DNA of 63,166 nucleotides, counting the filler, from Reclinomonas americana ATCC 50394 (lineage: Eukaryota), in NCBI GenBank assembly GCA_048213135.1. It is 14 parts of 14 records of this genome, joined end to end, with 100 filler letters (N's around TTAATTAATTAA, not from the genome) between each part and the next. Parts side by side here need not be neighbours in the genome. Positions count along the whole stretch, not along the records: positions 20,411 to 25,775 come from AFZH01022719.1; positions 25,876 to 37,400 come from AFZH01022720.1; 12 more parts are not named here. One strand, written 5' to 3'. The notes below the pieces were generated by a model. The model made no database searches. It was not told the DNA's origin and saw nothing but the letters and a program-made list of their open reading frames with translations. Made by a program: the position numbers and the translations under genes. Position 1 is the stretch's first letter. Every line of letters starts with the position of its first letter. Shown here piece by piece: positions 23,501 through 34,200 of the stretch.

Positions 23501-25713
23501 TTTCTTCCTTGTTCGTCAGTCCCTGGGAGTGAGTGACTGATGGCGCACTCGACAGATTGTGTTCCGCGACATGACACTGGCCTACCAATTCTTGCTCGAG
23601 CTGGAACCGGAGCAGCTGAATGTGTTGCCGGCGTCGGTGCTGGAGGAGCTGCGACAGTGTGCTACACGGTCAACCGGCATTGTCGGCCAGATGCAATCGA
23701 ATGCCACGGTCTCACTCGACGGCCTGTGGTGGATGTACGAGACGGCTGAGAATGCATTGTTTGCACCCATCACACCCACCGATGTGCAACTGGAGGGCGA
23801 GGCCGGTGCGCGTGTACCCGGTCGACTCAGCAAGTTGGCCGTGCTGAAGGCCTGCCTCGAGGTCGGTTCACTCGCCTCGGTGGTGATGTATTGTCCACAT
23901 TCCCTGACTCTGGCATTCTACGTGCAGGTGACACTGGCGTCTCCGATTCGACTGTTCACAGAGAGGTCGGCGAGCAGCAAGATTGCCGAGGCGCTGCGCC
24001 TGTTCTTCCGCGCCGTGTGGGCCGTGCTGACGTTGAACAAGCGTCGCGTTGTGTCGGTGCACAACGAAGTGCAGTGTTGCGTTTCTTTCGTGTGCGTGCG
24101 CTCGTTCGCATTCAGTGCCAGTGGCTCATCGTGATTCGGCGGCGGGCAGACGAGGCCATGGATTCGGTGCCCGAGTACCAGACGCTGGTCAATTTTGTAC
24201 AGCGCGCATTCACCACCGTCTCCAACGCCACACTGACCGTGGACGAGAGCGAGCAAATCATCGATCAGGTGCTGGCCAATCACGGCATCTCCACAGTCGG
24301 CTCGGTGGTGGAGGACGACAATTGGAGTCGCTTGTGCCGCAGTCGTTTCGTTGCCTTCCCCTCACTCTGTGTTTATCCACGGTGGCTTACCTCATCGTGA
24401 AAACCGTGCAGCCATTCTGCAGGAGCGTCTGGTGAAACCGCAGCGCATTCACTTTGCTCGAGTTTCGTGTGACATCTGTCGTGCCCGATATGCCACATGG
24501 CCGCGCGCTGAATTGCTGGTGTGTGTAGATTTTGTTCCTGATTGCCGGCTTGCACAAACTGCGACTGTTTCTGTCGTCGTTCGAGGCCACTGGCTTTTGC
24601 GGTGTGCAAAAGGTGTGTGTGAGAGTGTGGCTTCTTTCGATGGGAAGCACTCTGCTGACTGTAAATTCCAGGCCGGCAAATCCACTGCACTGTCACGGCT
24701 CCACCCAGTGGCGGCAGTGGCGCACGGCGAGCGTGCCGAGGAGCGCAACAAGCGTGCCATTTTGTACGAGTGCAGGCTGGGCGGCGCGCAGCCGACTCTG
24801 GTGATTGACACGCCCGGATTCAATGTTGCGTTTGCCGACCCGACCGTGTAGTGATGGACAGCACCCGACTCTCACTCTCTATTTGCAGGATTGGGAATCG
24901 TATGTGCGCAAGCGATTTACAGAGAGTCTCAGCTTCATCAACTCGATGGTGGTTCGTTCCTCTTTGTGCCACGATCGCTGTTGCATGCGATTTGTTCACG
25001 ATGTGTGCGACTTGCAGATTTTCTTCGACTGCGAACCGAGTGAGCGTGACGTCGGCTTCCTGCAACGTATGGTGCACGCGGTGACGGCCACTGCCAACCA
25101 CAGCAATGCTCCCGATCAGCGTGCCAACACCGGATTCTTGGTGCTGGTGCGTCGCTCCCCCCTCTTCCTTTCAATCGTTGTCGAGTTCTCATTTCTTCCG
25201 CAGCTGAACAAACTGGACGTGCACATTGAGTATGCGGTTGCGCGCTTCCAGCGGCACCACAAGGCCAGACCGAATCACGAACAGATGCAAACACTGATCC
25301 GCGAAACCATGGAGCAGCTGTACAAGCAGGCCACATCCCAGCTGCTGCCGGCGTTCAGTGGCCACCTGGACATGGTGCACGCACATGTGCGCTTCGCCAT
25401 CATGGATGAGAGCCGAGCGGCGGCCGACGTGCAGGACCTGATCACTCAAACCGAGCGAGTGTCGCGAGAACTGGCACGAGAGGTCTGCACAGGTCCCTTC
25501 GTTGTTGATGTTGTTGTTGCACTGTCTCACCGGCATGTGCGTGCCGCACAGCATCCATTCTTGGAGATTGTGTGGATCGACACCCTCAAGGAGATCCTCC
25601 TGAACGGTTTTGCCGACTACGCGGTGCGACCAGCAGACGATCCCGGTGTCGTCGGCGTCACCCTGTCGCACATTCCCGACGACGAGGTCTCGGCCGATCG
25701 CGACGACGAATGA
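20521..25713 (+). CDS. Large multi-exon protein: degenerate class-3 lipase-like domain plus C-terminal TRAFAC-type GTPase domain; 5' end uncertain
   Basis: Lipase_3-like motifs AVLAF, GGRVDAG, VIFTGQGRGGQLA and CITLGSP. GTPase G1 GVQK|AGKST (split by intron 24613-24671), G3 VIDTPGF, G4 LNKLD. Stop at 25713. Confidence 0.6.
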
Positions 25714-26106
25714 TTGATTGATGATTCCAAACAAATAGTTAATTCGCACAACAACAACAGAAAAACATTTGATCGNNNNNNNNNNNNNNNNNNNNNNNNN
25801 NNNNNNNNNNNNNNNNNNNTTAATTAATTAANNNNNNNNNNNNNNNNNNNNNNNNNNNNNNNNNNNNNNNNNNNNGCCAATCCTGTTTCTCTCTCCTCGC
25901 CACTCACGTGCGCACACGCGCCGTGAGCCACGCGGGAGTGAAAAATCATTCGTCAATGAAGCGTACCGCCACCCCCTTTTTGTTTGCCGACTGTCGGTTC
26001 ATTCAATCACACACACACACACACTTTCTTTTCACCTGCCTGCCTGCCTACTCCTTCCCTCCTTGCCAGCCGAGACCACACGCCCTGCCTCAGCTCTTGG
26101 TGTCGC

Positions 26107-27944
26107 TTACCGGCGCTCCGGTGGCCTCTGCTTGACCTCGTTCTCCTGCACGGCATGCAACAGAATGTGATTGCCCTTTTCGGGCTTGTACGCCGCCGCA
26201 CCACGGCTCCAGTCGTACGACACGGCGTAGGCAAAGATGGTGCCGTCGCGGTTGAACTTGCCGACAGAGATGGGCTGATCGCAGCGCTTGAAGGACTTGA
26301 GCTTGGCGCGGTTGTCCTTGTCCCAAAAGTGGAAGGAGCCATCGGAGCCGACGGTGGAGAAGGAGCCGCACGACGGGTGGAAGGAGATGTCGTTGACGGC
26401 GTAAATGTCGTTCTTCTCGCGGTGGCACTTGAAGGTGAAGTTCTGCTTGTCGTGCTCCTCGGCCGCATGCTGAATGGCCACACGGCCCTCCACCGAGCCG
26501 AGTGCCCAGCCCTCCGCCGTGGGGAAGCAAGACACGCAGCGCGTCTGGTACTTCATCGGCGAGTCCAGCTCACGGAACGGCTTGCTAATGTCGCCCAGGT
26601 TGTACACCATAATCCTCTTGGCCGCACACGCCACCACCATCAGCGCACCCGCCGCATCCATGGCATAGCATCGCTCCGGCAGCGGCAACGCGGCCGCCGG
26701 CTGCTGCTGTCTGCAATCCCAAAACTTGACCGTCTTGTCCCATGATCCCGACACCAGCAACTGCACAAGAGGGTGAGGTAATTGAGCGGGCACGAACACC
26801 ATGAGAGTGCGTCGCGCAACATTCAGGTCCGGGCTGAAGATCAGCGACTTGACCGGCGCATCGTGCATGCCCACGGTGCTCGACTGCCCCGTGTCGAGAT
26901 TCCACATCTTGACCGAGCGATCACCACCGGCACTGAAGATCGTGGAGCCATCCTAACAATGATTGATGACAATGAGCAAACAGAGAGAGAGAGCCTTGCC
27001 TCGAACCACGGGAGGAAATGCACGAACCGATGACCAGCATGTGGCCAGCACCGGTCCCTCATGCAGCAACTCGTCCTTCGGCGCCGATGAGCCGTCCATG
27101 GCAATCTCCCACAGATTCACCTGAGAGCGAGAGAGAGAGAGGCAATCAGAGAGAAGGTGAGAGAGGAAGAGGATGAGGAAGAAGAGGAAGGAGAGGAAGA
27201 GGAGGAGGAGGAGGAGGAGGAGGAAAGGAGGAGGAGGAAAGGAGGACAAGAAGGAGGAGAAGACGAAGAAGACGAAGAAGAACAAGAACAAGAAGAAAAG
27301 AAGAAGGACAAGGAAGAGAAGGAAGAGAAAGAAGAAGAAGAAGGACAAGGCAGAGAAGGAAGAGAAAGAGGAGGAGGAGGAGGATAAGGAGAAGGAGGAT
27401 GAGGAGGAGAAGAAGAAGAACAAGAAAAAGAAGAAGAAGAACAACAACAACAACAAGAAGAAGAAGAAGAAGAAGAAGAAGAAGAAGAAGAAGACGAGGA
27501 GGAGGAGGAGAAGAAGAAGAAGAAGAAGAAGGAGTAGGAAGAGAAGAAGAAGAAGAAGGAGTAGGAAGAGAAGAAGAAGGAGGAGGAGTAGGAAGAGAAG
27601 AAAAAGAAGAAGAAGAAGAAGAGAGAGGTGAGGAAGAAGAAAAAGAGAGGTGAGGAATGCAAGAGACAAGTGAATGAAAGAATGAATCGCTCACCTTGTT
27701 GGACCACACACCCGCACAGATGAAGTTGCCAGCCGGACTGCAAGCAACAGGTGAGCAAACAGCGAGTCTGCGATCGACAAAGTCGATCTTGTCGACTTTA
27801 TAGTGTCCTCTCAACACACTCATCGCCTTCTCTCTCACACACACTCACTCACTCACACACTCACCTCCACGCCAACGAGGCAACACCATCGTCCACGCGC
27901 GGCAACACTTCCCGATCTTGATTCGGGTTTCCGCTCAAATCCAT
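26107..27944 (-). CDS. RAE1: mRNA export factor RAE1/Gle2 (WD40)
   Basis: DDGVASLAW, HEGPVL, HDAPVKS, SGSWDKTVKFWD, LPERCYAMD, SPMKYQTRCV, GSVEGRVAI, NFTFKCHR, IYAVNDISFHP, STVGSDGSFHFWDKD, FAYAVSYDWSRG. Confidence 0.9.
27121..27694. repeat. Compound GAA/GAG/CAA microsatellite filling a ~574-nt RAE1 intron
   Basis: Almost pure purine on the + strand, bounded on the - strand by AAG|GTGAGC and CAG|GTG splice sites. Confidence 0.9.
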
Positions 27945-28260
27945 CTTTCTGCTCCTGCGCGCACAAGCAAACACACAAGCACACACACACAGTGAGAACA
28001 AGCAAAGGAGAGAGAGAGAGAAGAGCAGGGAGAGAGAGGAGGGGGGATGTTCATGGCGCGTGCACACACACTTACAAACAAACAAAACACACACACAGAC
28101 AACCACGCGCACACACACAGTACTTAAGCTGTCTATGCCCCTTACTCACACACTGCTTGTCCTCTGCGCGCAACTCACCTTTTGCAAGCAAGAGACAACA
28201 CGAAATTGCCGCGATTTTGTAAACAAACAAACACAAACACAAAGCAGCCTCTCTCTCAGA

Positions 28261-31200
28261 ATGGACGCTGAGTTTGGTGGCCAAGGCAGTGGCACTGGCA
28301 CCTCGGTGAGCGAGATACAAAGAGAGAACAGAGAGTGAGATGAAAGTGCAAGTGTGTTTGCTGACATGTCGCGCGTGCAACACAGGTGTTTGCAGTGTCT
28401 GCGGCTGTGCATCATCAGAGTTGCGCGTGCAGTGGCAATGTGTGTGTGTGTGTGTGTCTATCTGTGTCTGACTTTGTGTGTGACAGGTGTGCCATCGTTT
28501 TTCAGCGATGCTGCAGACGAGTATCGGCGACTGTGTGCCGCCGGCGACATCAGTGGCATTGTGGAGGTGGCGGAGAAGCAGCTCAAAGTCGCACGCGAGG
28601 TTATGTCTCTGCGCGCGCGTGTATGTGTGTGCAAGAGAGCGGGATATTGACTTGTGCTTGCTTGCAGCGAGTGGAGCATGAGATTGCGCAGTCGCGGGCA
28701 CGTGCACTCGAGGCCGATCATCGCTTCTTGGAGCTGGAGAGACGCTACAAGAGCAATGAGCGGGAGCGTGAGCAGCTGCAGAGGACGCATCAGGAGCTGA
28801 GCACGCGAACAGCGGCGCTGGGTGCGTTGTGTGTCTCTTCCACATTGCCTCTTTCCACCTCGCGCTCATTGCTTGTCGCAGAGGGCCAGCTGAGCGACCT
28901 GCAGCGGCAACTGAGCGAGCAGCTGGCGGCGGCCAATCAGCTGCGTGCGGAGAATGGCAAGCTGCGTGAGGATCTCTCGCTGGTGGTGCACTCCAAGGCG
29001 GAGGTGGAGGAGCGTCTGAAATCGCGCGAGTCGGCGGCCTCGTCGGTCACCGACGAGATGGCCGGCATCTCCAATCGGCTGGCGCAGCTGTACAAGGAGA
29101 AGAGCGCGTTGGTGGATGAGTTGAACCAGGTGCGCGGCGGGCAGGCGCCGCTGCACTTTGAGAATGCCAAGCTGCAGCAGGAGAGGGACAACTTGGCGCG
29201 GCAGAATGAGTGGCTTGAGCAGGAGCTGCAGCGTCGCAACGAGGAGTTTACGCAGTTCCGCAACGAGAAGAGCTCGGTGGTGCACGATTTGGAGTCGCGT
29301 CTGCGTGCAGCGCGCGAGAGCGAGAAGCAGCTGGATGTGGAGCTGTCGAGCACTCGCACGCGCTTGCAGGATACCGAGGCCAATGCACGCCAGCTCGCCG
29401 AGCGGTTACGCGAGTTGCGCGACTCGTCGCTTTCGCGCGAGGAGGCGTTGCAGGCGGAGAATGCGTCGCTGTCGAAGCTCTCCAAGATGTGCCAGGTTTG
29501 CCGTGGCACACTCTCGCCTATTCCTCTAAATGTCATCTCATCGCCGGCGATGTGGCAGGAACATTTGGACGAGGAAAAGGCACGCACGGCTGCACTCTCT
29601 GGGCAAGTCGACGCTCTCCGACGCCAGCTGCACACGGCGACTGCGGATTCGCAGCAGGAGATTGAAAATCTCAAGTCGCAGCTGCAGGAGGTGACCGAGG
29701 TCCGCGATGCCACGCAGCACGAAGTCGTGCAGCTGCGCAAGCAGCTGTTGGATTTGGAGCGCGAAATGATGTCGGTGCAGTCACACATGCCGACTTCGGC
29801 ACCGCTCGCCTCGCCGTCCACGCCAGTTCTCACACGCTCGGCGGCTGCATCGATTGGCGTGTCGCCGGCCACCACGTTCTTGTCGCCGACCGCCCGTGCC
29901 GTCAGGTTGGTCATGCACACCAGGGCGAATGTGCTTTTTCTTTACTCACCCATCTCGCGCAGTGCGATGAGCAAGGGCATGTCGATCACGGAAATGTACA
30001 CCAAGTTGGTGGAGGCCGAGGCGGAGTTGCAGAAGCGCACCGACGAGAACCGCCGTCTGCAAAACTACCTGCAGCAAATCCTCAGCGACATTGAGGAGAA
30101 GTCGCCGATCATCGAGGCGCAGCGGCGCGAGTACGAGCAGCTGGTGGTGGCACACAATCAGATGCAAGTCAAGATCTCGCAGGCGCTGCGACAGGCCGAA
30201 TCCTACAAGTCTGAGGTCGACCAGGCGCGTGTCTACGTGGAGGATTGCGAGCGCCGCATGGAGCTGCTGCAAGTCGAGCGCAACGACTTGAATCGCCAGT
30301 TGCAGGAGCTGCTGCGTCAGTCGGCAGGCGTTTCGGCCGTGGGTGGCACTGCTGGCTCTGGCGGCGCTTTCAGCTTCCTGCAAGGCCGCAATCGACAAGG
30401 CGACGGTGGCGACGATGACGTGGAGATTCTGTTGACGGAGCAGCAGCCAATCAGCACTGACTTGCTGACGTACCGCGATGTGGCCGATCTGCAAGAGAAG
30501 AACAACCTCGTTGCGTTGTGGTGCTGGTAGGTGGCGTCGCATTTGATTTGTCAGCAGCCTGACCTCGGTGTGTGTGTGCAGCTGGTTCGCCACATTCGTC
30601 AAATCACCGTGGGCGTCGAGCGCGCCAACGCCGCCAAGCAACGGCAGTGGCAGCGCGAGCTCGACGACAAGCTGGCGGCCGCCAGTGCCGAGGTGGAGCT
30701 CATGCGAGTCGAGCGCGAGCGTCAGGAGAAGATGGTGGAGGCCATTGTGCGACAGCGTGACATGTACAAGGCGCTGGCACAGAATCTGGAGCAGAATCGC
30801 AGCAATGAGGGCGCGCCGGCCAGCAACCGTGTCCAGGACGACATCCCAGAGAGTTGCGTCGAGCAAACAGACAATGATTTTTTGGTTGTGCTAGTCCTGC
30901 TGACTGGCTTCGCTGCAGTGAAATTCCGCGAAGTGTTGGAGGGCTTGCAGGTCGACTTTTCGGCGACTCGCAAGCTGCTGCAGGAGGCGCAGGACAAGGA
31001 GCGCGAGGTCCGCTCTCTTCGGTCATCTGACATCATCTCTCGCTTCTCACTGACTGGTGGGGGTTTTCGGTGGGTTGCGCAGGCCAAAGACAGCGCGCAG
31101 CGCGAATTGGGCCGTGCCCGTGCCCAGATCGAGTACCTCGAGCAGCGCCAGCGCACGCTGGTTGCGTCGTTGGAGGAGGATCGTGCCGAGGTGAGAAGGG

Positions 31201-34200
31201 AGACGACGCGCCCGCCTGTCACTCGCGATGCACCGTGCTCACTGTATGCGTACAGATTCAACAACTGCGCGAGATGCATCGGTCGTTCAACGCGTCGGTG
31301 GTCTCGTACCAGACGCAAGTGGAGGATGCCAACCGTGCGCTCCTCGACAAGGAGTCCACCATTCGTCGCTTGGAGGTCAAGCTGGAGAGTGCCAACTCGG
31401 AGAAGACGTTCATGTCGCAGCAGTACGAGCGCCTGATGCGCGAGAACAGCGACCTGATGAAGGAGCACGGCCGCATGGAGCAGCTGCTGGACAAGCTGCA
31501 GTCGCATCAGCAGCAGCTGGCGCAGTCGAGCGACGACCAGCGCAAGCGCCTGGAGGACGAAGTTGGCGTGCTGCAGCGGGATTGGTATGTGCATGTGTTC
31601 ATATGTGTACGTATCGTGCGCTGAATGCGGCATTGTCTCTCTACAGGACGGGGCTGAAATCGCGCTTGGAAGAGGAGCGATTGATTTCGCGCGACCTGCA
31701 GCTGCGTCTGGAGGTGGCGGAGCGTGAGTTCGCCGAGAAGAACAAGAGTCGGGAGGGCGAGAGCTCGGCGTTGCGACGCGAGCTGGAGGAGACTCGTATC
31801 ACAGCAGACGCGTTGCGCTCGCGTAACGAGACGCTGGCGCAGCATTTGCATACCGCGGAGAATCGCCTTGCGGTGCTGCTCGGTGCGTCGGCGGCCGATC
31901 CGCAGGCGCCGAATTCGGCGCTGGAGCTGGATCTGGCCAATGCCCGTGACGAGATCACGTCGTTGCAGGAGCAGCTGGCCAAGGAGCGCGAACACAGCCG
32001 GCAGTACATGGAACTGACCCGCGTGCACGAGAAGGCGCTGGAGGAGACGTCGGAGGCGTTTACGGCGTACCGAGCCGACGCCGAGGCGAAACTCGCTCAC
32101 CTGCGCACGCGTGTCGAGGAGGAGTCGGGTCGGCTGCAGTCGGTGCAAGAAGGGGCTCGTGAACGCGAGATGGAGGCGCTGAAATTGGAGGAGGTTTGTT
32201 GGTGCCTCTCTCTGGAGAGCACCTGGCACGTGAAGCTGATGTGTTTTGTGTGCTGGTGAACAACAGAAACTGCGTGCCGACTTGAACTCGCTGGAGCGCG
32301 CACGACGTGAGCTGGAAGACGAATGCGAGAGCTTGCGACGCTCGACAGCCGACGCTCTGCAGCGTGCTGAATCGTGCCAAGGTGTGTGTGTGCTGACTGA
32401 TTGTGACGATGACGTGGTTACGGCGTCTGAGTCTTGCACCGTCTCGCCTACAGCCGACAAGAATCGCGATTTCGCGCGCTACCGCAAGGCCGAGGAGGAC
32501 TACCAGAACGAGTTGGCCAAGCACGCCGACACGGTGCATCACATTCAACACTTGCGCAACCGACTGCGTGACAAGACCGCCGAGTGCTCGGAGGCCGAGG
32601 TGCGTTTCTCGTTCTTGTCTCTCTTGCAGGAGTCGCATGTCCGTTAAAAAATGTGGGTTGCAGGCCAAAGTCGCCGCGCTGGAGGCCAAGCTGGCCGAAG
32701 CACGTCACTCGGCAGACACGCAAAAGGCGACCTTGGAGGAGGCCATTAGCATGTCGTCCGTGCGGTGTGTTGTTCATTCAGATAACTCTCTTCCTCATTG
32801 CCTCTTCACTCATTTCTCTTTTCACTCATTGCAGTCTGGAGGAGCTGAAGAAACAGAACGACCTGCTTCACACGCAGCTCGGCGGTCTCAGTGTGCAACT
32901 CGCTCGTCGCGCTCGTGGCGATGCCGACGGCTCCGACGACGCGGCTGCCGCGGCAGCTGAGCCGGCCGAAGACGCCATGGAGCTGGTGCGAGTGAGAGAA
33001 GAGAGATGTCACTGCACATAATGGTACTCGTTGACTTACATGTGTCTCCTCATCACAGCTGCGATACGTGCGCCGTGAAAAGGAGCTGGCTGAGCAGCGT
33101 GCCGACACGCTGCAGCTGGAGAGTCGCCGACTGAGCGGCGAAAATGAGGGATTGAAGCGGCGCTGCCAGCAGCTGGAGAACCAGCTGCATGAGGCCATGC
33201 ACCGGCGAGATCAGCTACCGATGGACGAGAACGAGTTCCGCGCCATGCAGCAGAAGCTGGAGCAATTCAATCTGCTTCGCGAGAGCAACATCACACTGCG
33301 CACCGATAATGAGAGAAATCTGCGCAACGCCAACTCGTGGCAGCAGCGCGCCCAACAGCTCGACGAGGAGTTGCAGCCACTGCGACGTTTCGTTGTTCTT
33401 CCCGTTCACGTTTTTTTTTTTTGCTGTTGTCCGTCACTGACAGCGGCAATACAGTCAAGGTCCTCGAGCTGCAGCAGACGGTGGAGTTGTTGGAGAACGA
33501 GAAGACGCTGTTGCGACAGGACGCCGAGAGATGGGCCGACCGTCACAAGCAGTTTGTGGCCAAGTACCGACAGATTGACCCGGTGCTGCATGAGCAACTG
33601 CAGCAGCGCTGCACGGATCTGGAGGCTCAAGTGGCACGGGTTTGTTCAGCGCACCCTTCCTCTCCCACTCTGTCTTCTCAGCTTGGATTGTGTACACAGC
33701 AACGACAAGAGCTGGACTCGATCACCAGTGTGCGTGCGGAGCTGGCCAAGGCGACTTCCGATCTGGAGCGGGCCACGACGATTTCCGCGCAACGCGAGAC
33801 CGAGGTCCGAACGTGGAAGGATCGCGTGACCACCAAGTTCAAGAACGACATGGAATCGCAGTCGGCACGTGCGGCGGAACTCGAGGCACAACTCGCTGCA
33901 CGCAACACGCGCATCACCGAGCTGGAGACGCAACTCACGTCGCGCTCGTCGGAATCCGATGCCACGAGTCAGCAGAGTCGCACGCGCGTCACCGAGTTGG
34001 AAACGCAGCTGGCTGACGCCAGGACACAGTTGGCCGACACCAAGACACAGCTGGCCGACACCACCAGCAAGATGCAGAAACTGCAAACGGTGAGTGGTGG
34101 TTTAGGGCACGGGCGCTGGCCTCCTTCCCTGTCGCTCACCTGCATCAAATCTGTGCACCGCAGTACGTGGTTCGCATGCGACGTGGTGACGCCGATGCAG

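Noticed and set aside
26953..27844. Poly-Leu/Phe, poly-Ser, poly-Glu and poly-Arg/Lys ORFs
   Set aside because: Translations of an intronic microsatellite.
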